Positions 1 to 14,900 of a stretch of 45,980 nucleotides of DNA are shown piece by piece. A program made the position numbers and the translations under genes. Below the pieces are notes generated by a model. The model worked only from the letters and a program-made list of their open reading frames with translations, did not search any database and was not told where the DNA came from. The stretch's first letter is position 1, and each line of letters begins with the position of its first letter. The DNA is from Tubiluchus corallicola (Eukaryota; Animalia; Priapulida): positions 1,512,408 through 1,558,387 of the forward strand of contig JAQGDQ010000011.1 in NCBI GenBank assembly GCA_030141605.1. The letters run 5' to 3'.

Positions 1-11
1 GGATTCTCATC

Positions 12-534
12 TAGGGATGAGAATGACAAATTGCAAAAAACTCTGAAACAGGCCGGGGGGTTTCGGGTCACCTAGACCCCCAATGGGGTTGAGGGGCAAA
101 GCCCCTTTGGAGCCAGCAACAAATTGCAATTTTGTGACAATAGAGAGCCTCTAAGTGGACTTAAAATATCAATTGCTTTGTTTCATGCATAATTTAAAAT
201 ATCCAACTATCAAGGATACATGATACCTAATTGTCTAAAAAACGCCTAAGTACTGGGCGCTCTTATGCAAAAGTATATAAAAACTGTCTGCAATTGACTC
301 AAATAACTCCGCACAATTGATTCGATATTTTTATACATAGAGATATACACGTGGTTACACTGATGTATGTGATGTAAACAAAGTGACGGCCCGCCAACTA
401 GCAGTCAGCTTGTGAAATAATATACTGGATCCGTAAAAAATTTTCTCAACGAATTTACACGATTTACAAAAATGGCACTACCGGTCTTCCGAAAACTCGG
501 AATTCCGCGTATCCGAGGAAAATTCTCATCCCTG
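12..534. mobile_element. hAT/Ac-like MITE, copy 1
   Basis: TIRs (c/t)agggatgagaat...attctcatccctg, similar to the maize Ac terminus; same family at 8147 and 12370. Confidence 0.85.
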
Positions 535-1119
535 ATTTGCACATACATATTAATTATTCAATTTAGCCTTAACTTTTCAAAAAAGACATTTCACATGCAA
601 GTAAAGTCACATATTGCTCTTTCACTGCTTTGAATGATTAATAAGTGTAGCTATAGGCATGTCGATCAGTAGGACATATAATCGGTATAGTTTATTTATT
701 GATAACTTGCGTATCAGTTTCTAAAATGAGAAAATTATGAATACACATCAGCTGAACTTCAAGCAGGAATTTAGTAGCACACTGCAAGTAGTTACTGTTG
801 TGTTTGTACCTGGTCTAATTAACATAATTATGTTCTAGCTAAAACAAAAATTAAAAGTTATGTTAAACTGGTAACGTCAAAATCGCTTTACCATGGTAAT
901 TGTTGTCAGAGGCGAGTATGAAAAGTTCGAGTTCAATTCGAACACGTTTGTTTATTTTGAATTCGAATCGAACCTAAAACTATAGATTCGAATAATTCAC
1001 CACCTTCACAAGTACTATACTGTAAATAATCATTCTTTAGACAACACCTAAACAATCCGGTGTTGATACTGTTACAACTTCACAACAATGGCGACCAACA
1101 ACCTGAAAAATGTACTCAC

Positions 1120-1434
1120 CCTTCACCTCCGTTTCCACATCAATAGAGGTCCTCTTCCCCTCAACAGACTCCGACGAAGACATTCCCCAAACTTCGGCTC
1201 TGTATTGTGAAGCACCGCATAGTTCTCGTAGTACATACTCGGTTACGTTTGCTCCAGTCTCTGCAACGAGCATCTGTAGATCATCGTCTTGACAGTCGGC
1301 AGCAGCCGTTTGACGTAACGATACCCGATACCCCGTCACGTTGAGACCAGAGTCAGCGGGATGATTCCAGGTAAGCCTCTGATTCCCATCACCATCATCT
1401 TTTGTAACATCTAAATTTCTCACTGGCTTTATAC
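1120..1434 (-). CDS. Exon 12: FN3 domain 3
   Basis: KPVRNL...LTWNHP...VTGYRVS...LCGASQYRAEVW; 315 nt, phase 1-1. Confidence 0.88.
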
Positions 1435-4400
1435 CTATTGAAGAAAAAAGGCTCATGTCAGAATCCGTCTGTTGACTTTTATGCAAAGTACAATGTCTGC
1501 ACTACATTGATAAGACAAGCTTTCATACAATGGTCAGAATCTGACCAAGATACAATGTCCACACTCCATACATGACACAAGCTGTTTGACAATGGTCAGA
1601 ATATGACCAAGATACAATGTCCACACTTCATACATGACACAAGCTTTCATACAATGGTCAGAATCTGACCAAGATACAATGTCCACACTTCATACATGAC
1701 ACAAGCTGTTTGACAATGGTCAGAATCTGACCAAGATACAATGTCCACACTCCATACATGACAGAAGCTGTTTGACAATGGTCAGAATCTGACCAAGATA
1801 CAATGTCCACACTTCATACATGACACAAGCTGTTTGACAATGGTCAGAATCTGACCAAGATACAATATCCACACTCCATACATGACAGAAGCTGTTATAC
1901 AATGGTCAGAATCTGACCAAGATACAATATCCACACTCCATACATGACACAAGCTGTTATACAACGGTCAGAATCTGAACGAGATACAATATCCACACTC
2001 CATACATGACAGAAGCTGTTTGACAACGGTCAGAATCTGACAGAGATACAATGTCCACACTCCGTACATGATAGAAGCTGTTTGACAACGGTCAGAATCT
2101 GACTGAGATACAATATCCACACTCCATACATGACACAAGCTGTTATACAACGGTCAGAATCTGACCAAGATACAATGTCCACACTCCATACATGACAGAA
2201 GCTGTTATACAACGGTCAAAATCTGACCAAGATACAATGTCCACACTCCATAGATGACACAAGCTGTTATACAACGGTCAAAATCTGACCAAGATACAAT
2301 GTCCACACTCCATACATGACAGAAGCTGTTTGACAACGGTCAGAATCTGACCAAGATACAATGTCCACACTCCACACATGGCAGAAGCTGTCTGACAATG
2401 GTCAGAATCTGACCAAAATGCGACATCCATAGATGTCAGAATCTGACCGGGGAGGACATTGGATTTTGCTTGCCGACCAACACAAAGTCCGGACTATAGA
2501 TGAGCACGGTTTGACAAAGTCGTTACATTGAATAAATACACGTTTACAAGAATAAACAAAACTGGCCGTGAAATACAATATGAAAATCAAAACACGCCTG
2601 TAACCACTGGGAAATAATAATGCAACAGACTGTTTCTGCAGCAGTAAGCATTGAGCACGTGACACTGGCCATTCAACAGTATTAACAGAAAAGTGCACAC
2701 TTAGAACTCTCCTATCTGAAAGGTAAGAAAAGTTGTGCACACATAGAACCCTCCTATGCGAAAGGTAAGAAAAGTTGTGCACACTTAGAACTCTCCTATC
2801 TGAAAGGTAAGAAAAGTTGTGCACACTTCGCACTCTCCTATCTGAAAGGTAAGAAAAGTTGTGCACACTTCGAACTCTCCTATCTGAAAGGTAAGAAAAG
2901 TTGTGCACACTTCGAACTCTCCTATCTGAAAGGTAAGAAAGTTGTGCACACTTCGAACTCTCCTATATGAAAGGTAAGAAAAGTTGTGCACACTTAGAAC
3001 TCTGCTATCTGAAAGGTAAGAAAAGTTGTGCACACTTAGAACCCTCCTATCTGAAAGGTAAGAAAAGTTGTGCACACTTAGAACTCTCCTATCTGAAAGG
3101 TAAGAAAAGTTGTGCACACTTAGAAGTCTCCTATATGAAGGGTAAGAAAAGTTGTGCACACTTAGAAGTCTCCTATATGAAGGGTAAGAAAAGTTGTGCA
3201 CACTTAGAACTCTCCTATCTGAAAGGCAAGAAAAGTTGTGCACACTTGGAACTCTCCTATCTGAAAGGTAAGAAAAGTTGTGTACACTTAGAACTCTCCT
3301 ATCTGAAAGGTAAGAAAAGTTGTGAACACTTAGAACTCTCCCATATGAAGTGTAAAATACATACCACCTGCTATAGTAGTAATGAACGAAGCTTTGCTTT
3401 TGTCACTCCAGCCAACTTTGTTGTTGTACATCACAGTGAACGTGTAATTAGTAAAGAATTCCAATTTCTTCACTTCATATTCTGTTTTAGTGCCTGCTTC
3501 CACTACACCGGGCTTTGCGCTTGAGTCCTCTTCATTTCTGTACTCGATGCGGAAAATAATTTCTTTATCACAGTTTGCATCTTCTAGTGGGGGCTTCTGC
3601 ACAGCAATAAAAAATCTAACAGGTCAGAATGCCAAGTAGCGACGACATTAAAATGCCTTCAAAAATTCTTAGTCAAAATGCTGAACGAAACCCATGGCTC
3701 TTACTAATACATGAAATGACACAAAACCAACTAACAAAATCACTGTCGTGAAGCTCACGATTTCTTGATTTTATTTTTTATTATTATGTTATACGTCATT
3801 ATTTTTTATTTATTATGTCATATTATTACATTCTCTGGTTAAAACATTAAAAAATCCCACACACGAAATTTCAGCTGTAAAATAAGTCTATTTCTTCATA
3901 TACAGTCTAAACTTTCATCCTTGAACTAATATGCATAACATTTACCTTTCATTGAATAGCTGGCTTCCTTGCTTCATAGAAAACTTACCTGGTCAGTTGG
4001 CTGTCAGAGATCGTTGTATAAGCATGTGTTGTTAATGATTTATAAATTAACTCACCTGTATTCTACGTATGCTGATGTCTTAGCAATTTACCTTCAGAAA
4101 TTCTTCATAATCACCATGCTCTGTTCATACTGTATGATTAACCCGTTTAATTAGTGTCTTGGCCGTGTTTACAAACATAAGACTACAATGCAAATGGCTT
4201 CAACTGTTTCCGTGTTGACAAACAATCAGACGTGTTGACAAACAATCAGAACAACACACAAATCTTACAAAAGTTCAAAATGCAACTTCGTCCCAGTATC
4301 AAAAGAACCTGATTTGTTTCTACATAGTTTTACCTCAAATTTCACGTTGACTACGGCATGTTGGTTATCATCTGATTTTCTTGTGCTCAGCTGTGGTGGG

Positions 4401-7400
4401 CTCACCGGATGTAATGGTTCTAAAATGAAAAGGACCTTAATTTGCAGACAGACACAGCAGTAGCATAATTGAAGTGTTAATTTACTGAACGTACGGGAAT
4501 ATACAGAGTCCGTCCAAAAATGGATACACCCTTCAGGAAAGGAAAAATCTCTATAAATATTTAATCCTTTTAAGTACTTCTATGAATGTAAATTCCTCTT
4601 TCAATGTTTTATCAAATTGCGATAACAATGTTTACTGTAGTAGGATATTTTCTCAACAGATGGCGTTATCATCTTAAGACTACCGTCAAGCTGAGTTAAG
4701 ATGGCAATACTTGTTTTCTGTACAGAAACTTATTTGAGTTTACTTACTACCACAAGCAGTAGTGAACTTTAAGGGAAATGACTTCCGGCCTTCTCTTCCT
4801 TCTCTTCCTGTGGCAATCACGGTCACAGCGGTGATGTATGACTCGCTAAGCTTCAAGTTTCTAAGAATGCATTCATAGACTTGCTTGTACTGATCATAAT
4901 GCATTGTACAGCCATCTACTGCTTCCCATGCTGGCTGCTCACTCATCCCGGACTCCGAGATGTATACCCTGAACCAAGCAGGACGTTGATTAGGCAGCTG
5001 TGAATACAAAATGTTATTGTTTTTTATAGTCTGACACAGATGAAATCATGTAGCATTGATTACTGCTGTTTTGCAATATTGATCAATTAACTTATGCTTT
5101 CTATTTATCAAAATCAGAAGAAATAGATTCAAGCATTATAGGTTTTACATGTCAAATGTAGACCTACGTTAAGTCAAATGTAGATTTAGGTAATTCAAAT
5201 GTGTCTTGGTAACTCAAATGTAGACTTGGTAACTCAAATGTAGTTCAAATGTGTAACACAATGGTTTTCAACAAATCTTAAGCGCTTTTGGTAAGTCAAA
5301 TGTAGACACATGTCAAGTCAAATGTGACATTGGTATCTCAAATGTGGATAGGTGGTAAAGCTTAAGGATGTTAAATTTAATCTCCTTTAATCTTAATTTA
5401 ATAATTGCTGTGAAAATAATAACTTTATAGGTCTACTAATAGTTCACTAATATTCTGTAAAGTTTACATACCATTGGAACTGTTAGAGAAAACAATGCAT
5501 TCTTAAAATAAACAATGTTTCTTGAGAGAAACTAATTCATTAATGCAGTGCTAATGCATTACTTAAAAAACTAATTAGTGATTCACTTTTCATTGAGAAG
5601 TGGGAACCAATTTATTCTTTTCTACCGACATTGCGGTTTATCAAAGGATTTAGTTTGAGGATAAACAACGCATTTTTCAAAGTTATGAAAGAGGTGATGA
5701 CTATCTTTGGTTTATCTTTTTGTAATTTGCAATTAAATAACTTAATTACCGATTTATTCAAAGTAATGCATCTACATTTGACTTACCTAAGTCACATTTG
5801 AGTTACCAAAACACATTCAAAATTCCTATGTCTACATTTGACTTACCTAAGTCACATTTGAACTTTCCCGTGTCTCATTTGATGTGTAAAACCTATAGTA
5901 CCAACAATACAAACTGCGAACAAGATTAAGTTGCAGCTATGAGTGTACCTATAAAAACTTCTGTCTTTTAAAACATGCACCTTCTATTTACTTCGCAGAA
6001 ATGCTCCTTTTAAAGCACCGTAATTCCTTTTTTATGGTTTTACACAGGACAAAAACATAATACGGATCGTAAAATAATTTACTCTAATAATTTCATTTTT
6101 CCATGTCATTTTAGCAAAAAATGCACCAAGTTCAGCTACGATGGGTTTCTCTTTCAAATGAGGAAATGCTGAAACAAAGTAGAAAGATTTTCTATCAGGC
6201 ATAAATCATTAAGAACATATCATACTAAACAGTATCAATGCATTACTGCATTCAGTCATCTTTAAAGCTTACCATATGTATTTTTTTACAAATTCTTTTA
6301 CAAGAAAACAAACTGACGCAAACTAGGAAAGAGTAGAACTACAGTGGAACCTCGACTCACGAAAACCCTATTATACAAAAAATTCAGAATACGAATCGGG
6401 CTTCGAAGAAATTTCCGTCCCATTTAACGAAAAGGTATTCAAGATACGCGGTCCTCCCAGAATGCATTTCGTAGCATCGCGTGAACGCTTTGTTGTGCGC
6501 AACACGTGAGCGCTTCAAAAGGTAAAGTGTCATTATTCGTAACAACATCTATTATCATTTTTCATTGATTTTATTATTTTCTCATTGTTTTTTAACATTT
6601 ATGTAAATGATTATGTTGTCATTAATGAACATATTTCTTTCGGGTGGGGACAACATTTACACCGTTTTCGGGGAGTGGGGGGGGGGGTCAGGAATGAAAC
6701 ACACCATTTATAGGGTAAATCTTGTCTCATAATACGAAGATTCTGAGATACGAAAGGCCCTACAGAACAAATTAATTTCGTATCTCGAGGTATCACTGTA
6801 GTCATAGTAACCAATTTTTTTTAAGTCATAAGTCATTTATTTCACATTACACATTTACAATGGTTACATATACAATATCTAGTGAAAGGGCCTACAATGA
6901 ACATAATACAAATAAGAAATACTGCACAGGAAAAGCCTCAAACACTGTTCACTTATACACGAAGGTAAATGTGTTGCGGACAAGCAGAAAGCAGGGCTTG
7001 TTAGATTGTCCCACACAGTGATAGAAATCGTGAGATGGCCACTCAAATGACATTCACAGCAATTTAATCGTAAAGTACAAAACTACACTTTCACTCTCAA
7101 TTCCTCAGCTAAACTACAATCCAAATCGGAAATAACAAAAAATACCAAAACTGAATATTTTACATACAGTTGTTAGTTTGATAAACGCTATAATGCTCTC
7201 TTCCACCGCAGAAGTCAAAACTGTTTATCGTAGAACTTCTGCCAGTAAATGACACTCCGCAAGCAACATCACAGTTTGTGTCATCAACTTCTGAAGTAAA
7301 CACGGTTTCCATTCCACATTTGCATTCATTATAGCGAGTCAAAACAGCAAACAGAAATCCTACAACATTCAAAACACTTGAAAATTCAAAACTCAATTTG

Positions 7401-10400
7401 AACTATGTAGAGACTTATAAAACCAATTAAGACTTGCAAACAAAGTATCTAGCAAGTACAAATTATATGTATAATATAAATAATAATTCACTTAAGTTTA
7501 ACACACTATAACAAAAATTAAAGCACAAACCTCTCAGTTTAGCAAAATAAAAAAAAACCACAAAATATAATTTAAAGCAACATACCTTGACAAACTACAT
7601 TATGAAATTCACAAATTACATTATCCACCAGCAGACTATGAGACCTGAACTGCTTATATTACTATATTCTAAACAATTTCGTTGTGCGCACACGCAGTTG
7701 CTGTAGATCAAAGGTTAAGTGCACCACAGCAATGTATCTTAATTACAACCGTCACTCGACTGTAAAGCAAAGCTGTCTGCTGCATCATTTCAGTAACTTC
7801 AGTTGTTTTACGTAGACTTTACTTTATTATGCATTTATTATTATAAGTACTAATTCACATACAAATTATATGTTTATGCATATCACAATGTTATTAGCAG
7901 TAAGTTACCTCTTGAATTGCAATAAGAAACACACATCCTTGAAGACATCGTCTGCAATTGAAGGGTACTAGACTCATTCAGGAAATAATTCTGTCCTGCT
8001 GGATAACATCCACTACCAAGTTTTGTTCCAGCTAAAGGCACTAAACATTCCACAAAACATTGTACTGTTTAAAAATTCAAAAATAGAGAGTTTTTTGTTG
8101 TCTCAGTGTATATACAACTAGGTAAAATGTCAAAATAAATTATGTGCAGGAATAAGAATGACAAATTGCAAAAAACTCTGAAACAGGCCGGGGGTTTGGG
8201 GGACACAGAGCCAGCAATAAATTGCAATTTTGTGACCACCTCTAAGTGGACTTAGTTATCTAGTATATCTAAATATCAGTTACCTTGCTTCATGCATAAT
8301 TTAAAATACTCAACTATCAAGGATACCTGATACCTGATTGTCTCAAACACGCCTAAGTACTGGCTGCTCGTATGCAAAAGTATAAAAACTGTCTGCAATT
8401 GACTCAAATAACTCCGCACAATTGATTCTACATTTTTATACATAGAGATATACCCGTGGTTACACTGATGTACGTGATGTAAACAAAGTGACAGCCTGCC
8501 AACTAGCGATCAGCTTGTGAAATAATGTACAGGGTCCGTAAAAATTTTCTCAACGAATTTACGGGATTTACAAAAATGGCACTACTGGTCTCCCAAAAAC
8601 TCGGAATTCCGCGTATCCGCGGAAAATTCTCATCCCTGTTAGTGTTTACAACAGCACATCATTAATAGTCATCATATTTAAATGTTGTTTTCAATTTTTT
8701 GTACTTGTTTGAAGAACTGCTCAGTTTTGGCTGTAGCCTCATGCGCACCTAAGAGTGAAGTTAGCGAGTGATACATTTAAACACGTATACTCCGAATAAG
8801 CCAATTAAACAAGGCGATAGGTATCGCATATACCTCAAATTCACTCGCATTTAAAATATAACATCGTGTAATTAAAATCAAACTCTGATGCAAACAACCA
8901 TCACAAGCCATTTTATGGATGACTCTTTAACAAAAGGAAGCGAGTTCTGTTAATAAATTAATGTTCTATAAAAGGAGGACAAACTAACACAGCATAAACT
9001 TCTAATTCAGCAAAAATAAATTGCACTGTACATTGCCTCTACTTCAATATATTTTTTCAGCTACTGGTGCATGCTGGGATCGGGTGTCTCTGGCAACATG
9101 GCAGCTTCCCGGTCACCGATATGGGTTATTTAAATGCAAAGAATTCTCTTTTTTGCTAACGCCAGCCTTGAAAGCAAGTAAGAGTGTAGGTAAATCGATA
9201 CAACATCATTATTGCTGTATTTTTTGCGTCATTTTCCCCGGTCATGTGCGGTAATATGTTCATCTGTCGCAGCTTACTTAAATACGAATTGTAATGATAA
9301 TAATAATCTTTATTTGCCACTAAAATACATTGGTAATCACTGATAAAAACTTTACAGAGATGATCAATCAGTGTTAGTTAATAAAAACTTACACTGCTAA
9401 AGGCAAATGCGTCAGTGCAATCTAAACTACTGTGCAGTAATGGAAAGTAACGACGAATAAAATCAAACGTATTTACAACTATGCACAAAAAAAATGAAAA
9501 AAACTATGATTTAATTAATATGGCCGTGGATATATGAATTCTGAATTAGCGTGTATGTTGTCGTACTAGTGTGATGGTATTTCATATCTGGTTAATATTA
9601 GTGATTTCAATTTTGTTTTAAATGCTGATAGGGACTTGATTTGTTTAACCTGTAATGGTAGAGAATTCCAAAGTAGAATTGCTCATAACTATCAGCCATT
9701 TATACAGCACCGAATGCACTGAAGCACTTAATAATATCAATTGTGAATGATCGTTTTCCTATTGTTGCATAAATTGTCTGACTTTATCGTTTGAAATAAT
9801 TTATGGTAGCGTCTAAAAACAGTTTATCGTTATGGTGTCGTTGAAAAATGTATCATATCGTTATTGCATCGCCAAATTTGTATCGTTAAAACAAACTTAC
9901 AAGAAGTAGGATATACTTCTAGAGCCCATCCACCACCACACGTCTGTCCGTTACTGCCACATCTTCTGTTACATGGACTTTTAGCGGGTAAGTGGCGTCC
10001 ATAGGTATGTCCACAATAACATCCACCACCGTGCTCTAATCCAGCAAATGGGAAACTTCGCCTTGCGCAGTAATCCTTGCAAGTCTCTGGATTATTAACA
10101 TTTACACTTCTTAGATGTGACATGTCTCTTGGTCCTGCATCCCCAGGTCTCTTAGGATCTTTGTCTTCCCAACAACCCAAATTGTCCGTCAGGACATTAA
10201 AGTCTGGAACATAATACAATAACATCCAGCCTGTAATGCAACATGCTTACTATACATGCATTATAACATGTAAACGTTGACTATGAAAATCGTACTTACA
10301 AAACAGTAAACTTGATCAATTCTTCTACTTCAAATTAATCAAGAAATATCTGCAAATTTACGAGAGCACTGTCCTGTACCATCTTCCCCTACCATAAAGT

Positions 10401-11929
10401 GCTGAAAACACTTCTCCTGTAGCTGTATCTTTACACCAATCTCTACTACAGTGCAGAAACCAAAACCAATGCAAGTGGCATAGCTAAGGCGGTGGAGGGG
10501 AATACAGAGCATCGACTGTGCCACAAGCTCTAGATATGCCACTGTTAAGTAATAGTTAGGTGTGCATATAATTGACAAACTGTTTCGTTTTTAACCTTGA
10601 CAAAGTTGTCTTGTTTTGCATAAAAGTGGCATTTATTATTCTCTTGACTTTTAGCACTTCAACAGCAATAGCCAATCAATCACTCAATGCATATTATTGA
10701 AAAAAAAGAAACAGTATAGGTAAAAAAACGTTGATGAAGTCAAATTAACCAAATAAAAGAGTTGCTGTATGACACATTGAAAGCTTGGCTTGTTAGGGTG
10801 GCAGAAATGAGTGAATGAAAGAATGGTTAGGGTCAGAAGAAATGATGGAATGGAAAAAAATAGTAAGATTAGGGATAGGAAGAAGGAAAAGAGGAGAAGA
10901 AACGACCACAGTGTATGTTTAATTTACATAGAGCTATATTAAAATAGCATTATAATTGATTGGAGGCCATATATTGCGACTGCATGAGACATGGAACCAT
11001 TAAAATTGTATTATAAGTATGAATCAAAAATGGTCCTTTTCAAGTACTTTTTGAAACTAAAAATAGTTTTGTGTATTTTTACTTGGGTACTTATTTTATT
11101 CCAGTTATTGGGGGCTGTGAATTTAATAAAGTGCCTGGTACTATTAGTACGACACTAAGGGATATGATATTCGTTGAACCTTGTAAAGTAATGTTTAGGA
11201 TTTGCTGTAATGGGATTTGCAAAGGAAGTGGGAAACAAGTTGTAGTATGTCTTATATATACAAGTGATATATAAACAAGTCTTCGAGAATTATTATATCA
11301 ATTCAGTAATACTATGGTTGCTTACTCTCTGTATAGTACACGGAGACGGCATTTTCTCCCGGACAAATTAAGTCAATTCCATCACATGGTTTGCAGTTCG
11401 TTGAAAACCTGTCATACGGGTATCCATTGCCACATCTGCAGACGTAATCGCCATTGTTGTCACTGGAGATACTGCCGAAATAATAGCCTGCATCTCTGCA
11501 TAATGTTCTACACTGAACGTGCAAGTCGGTTTTCTTTGGAGTGAAATATTTCTTCACAGGAAAATAAGACTCAGGCGCATAATACTGGAAGCATCCTTTA
11601 TGAGACCAGTAGTGGGGAGCTAAAAGAAAAACCATATTCAGCTTGTTACTGTCACTAAATTTAAAATCAAGTTCGACCAGACGGTTTAGTCTAGTGGTAA
11701 TGCATCTGCTTTCCGTCTGGGAGGTCAAGAGTTCGAACCAGCGGCCAGGGCATACCAAAGACTTTAAAAATGGTACCTGCTGTTACCCTGCCTGACGCGT
11801 AGTATTTTATTGTAAAAGTGGGGTAATAATAGTCTCTGTTATGTAGTTGTAAGTTGTTATTTACAGTCGGCGATAATAGCTCTTTGAGCTAACGTTAATT
11901 GTTGACCCAAAAGCCGACTTTAAATAAAG

Positions 11930-11979
<50 letters not shown>

Positions 11980-14900
11980 TACAACAATATTAAATTGGAA
12001 ATAGGAAGATGATCGACTTGACGAATTTTTATTTTATTACACAAATGCAAATTATGAAAACTTCAAAAAATTCAAGCATGAGAGTACTACTGCATTATAA
12101 TTCAATGATAGTACAGCTTAACACAGTACAAATAATTTCAGCTTTTCCAATTTTGGATTTTAACCAACAATTTTGGATTTGATACGATTTTCGTAGTTTG
12201 ATGTTCAGTGCAGTGCACGAAAGCGAGATAGGATTGTTATTAGGATTTTTAACACTCTTAGTGAAAACTTGCAGACAGACAGAGCTTCTCTTACAAACAC
12301 CAGTAGCTTAGGGGTCAAATTTAGTCTAAAAACAAGCTTTCTTCAATAAAACGACCTAATTGCAACCTACAGGGATGAGAATGACAAATTGCAAAAAACT
12401 CTGAAACAGGTCGGGGGGTTCAAAGGGGCAAAGCCCTCTTGCAGCTAGCAACAAATTGCAGTTTTGTGACTTAAAATATCAATTACCTTGTTTCATGCAT
12501 AATTTAAAATGCCCAACTATCAAGGATACATCATACCTAATTGTCTCAAAAACGCCTAAGTACTGGCCGCTCCTATGCAAAAGTATATAAAAACTGTCTG
12601 CAATTGACTCAAATAGCTCCGCACAATTGATTCTATATTTTTATACATAAAGAACTACATGTGGTTACACTGATGTAAACAAAGTGACGGCCTGTCAACT
12701 AGCGGTCAGCTTGTGAAATAATGTACTGGGTCCGTAAAAATTTTCTCAACGAATTTACAAGATTTACAAAAATGGCACTACTGGTCTTCCAAAAACTCGG
12801 AATTCCGCGTATCCGCGAAAAATTCTCATCCCTGCTCTTAGTGAAAACCTGCAGATAGACAGAGCTTCTCATACAAACATCAGTAGCTTAGGGGTCAAAT
12901 TTAAACTAAAAACAAGCTTTCTTCAATAAAAACACCTAATTGCAACATAATATTTGACACTAATTTTACTAAATTTCATGGCTTCCTTCCTAATGAAATT
13001 GGGCATCAAATATCAAAGCATACACTCTTTCCCCAAAAAATTTTGTTCAGATTTGCTTCTGAAACTTACCCATTTTTTATGTAGGACTACATGTATTTAA
13101 CTACACATGATCAGGAGAAAACTTTAACAAGTGGCAACGTGTAAACTTCCATTAAGCAAACCAAAGGTAATGGAACTTGATATTAAATAACCATGCAGTA
13201 TTAAAAATGAAAAAATTTAATTGTTAATCGCGATAGCAGGCCGTTTTTTTGATTAAGTTTCGATTTTCGGTAATTATTGAATGATCCGATTATTGCGAAG
13301 TAACGATTTGCACTCTAGGATTGTAAACTCTTTTGTACAAAGCAATAGATTTAGCAGGAGGACAGCAAAACCTCATAGGTTACCATATTGATATTGTCTG
13401 AGTTGAAAAAAAGGACACTTTTTCGCACACTTGTAGGTAGGCAAAAATGACCAGTCTAGGGTCTATTAAAACAATGCAAAATAAAATACAAGTTATACAA
13501 ATAGGCCTACATGTATTCTAATAGCAATACCAAATGGCTATACTGCAAAAAACATTAACACACTGCAACTGTCAGTCGCCTGCTTGTTATTGGCTCTCAG
13601 GAATCGTATTTTGAGATGTTAGCAACATCTTGTATTGAAAATTAACGAGCTTTTCTTTGTCTCGTACTGTCGTACGCCTCTGCAGTTGGCAATGTCCGTA
13701 CATACTTACGGATTGAGGCAAAACCCGGACAAACTGCCGATTTTTTGAAAACCCGCCCGGACAGAGGTCCAAAAAGAGGGCGTGTCCGGGGAAACCCGGA
13801 CTTATGGTAACCCTATCTCTAATGCCACAACAAAAGTAAATGCAGACAATGTACTTTTGTTGAAGTTATAAATACTGAACTGTCCAATGCTTCAAAGTAA
13901 CAGCATTAGTATTACTCCATCATGATGGAAAAATCAGTAATGACAATTATAAGATAGCAATAACTACCTAATAAACAATAGAAAATGTGAAAGAAAAAAA
14001 CAGAAAGCTATCAATTGCTGTTGTTGCTACCTTTAGACATTTTTCCATCAAGATGAGCAAACTTACTCTGAAACATCGGATAGTACCCTATTTATAATCA
14101 CTGCAAAAATGCATGATGTCAGCATCCAGATGTCGGCACTGGATAATCTTTTGATGCATATGTCTGAAGACAAACTGATTGTTAAATTAAAAAAACAACT
14201 GAGCTTAAGAAATTGTTACCTACTGTACACTTGCAATAATTTATTTTTTCAACAACAATCTAAGTAATATTAAAACTGACAAATCAAGTGTTAGTATAAA
14301 ATTACTCCTTGAAAATTTGATGTCATAGCAAAATTTTCTTCCGTAAAAGCAAAATAATATTTCAAAGAAGATCTTCAGAATTACCTCCAATGTCATATAC
14401 AGCAACAGCATTGTCATTCTCACTACAGAAACCACCATCAGAACATCTAAGGCAAGGTAACTCAGCAGCACCTGTTTTGCTCCATTTTTCACCACAATAA
14501 CAATTATTGATAGAATCTGGTTTTCCGAGGAATGCGTAGTAACTCAGCCACCTTAAATCTTTCGGTTTTGTTCGTGATTTCTTAGCATCAAAATAAGTTT
14601 TCTTAGAATTGTATTCTCGACACTTTTCAATGCAGTTGTCTGCTGAAGTCACTTCACCAAAATCTTCTTCTAAGCTTGTGAATGTAGTAGCGTCTTTGAA
14701 GTGCCAACAACCTCTAAATTCTACACGCTCACCATGCCACACTGAAATAATCAACTTTATTTCAAATTGGCTGGCAATTAACAATATTATTAATTAGATT
14801 ATGACTATAAATGCCAGAATCTAATTAATTTTAGATCATTTTCCTAGACATTTTAAAACAAGTAAAAAAAATGCCAGAACATTTTTGTAACATATTATTA

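Noticed and set aside
1037-1102. Extra exon after the AG at 1103-1104
   Set aside because: Would require a 17-nt intron, too short for typical spliceosomal removal.
1720-3524. Repetitive ORFs (MYNS..., MHNFS..., MKGKK...)
   Set aside because: Translations of the 62-bp and 42-bp intronic minisatellites.
11675-11750. tRNA gene
   Set aside because: A and B boxes are present but no acceptor stem closes, and it continues into a SINE core and (ATT)n tail.
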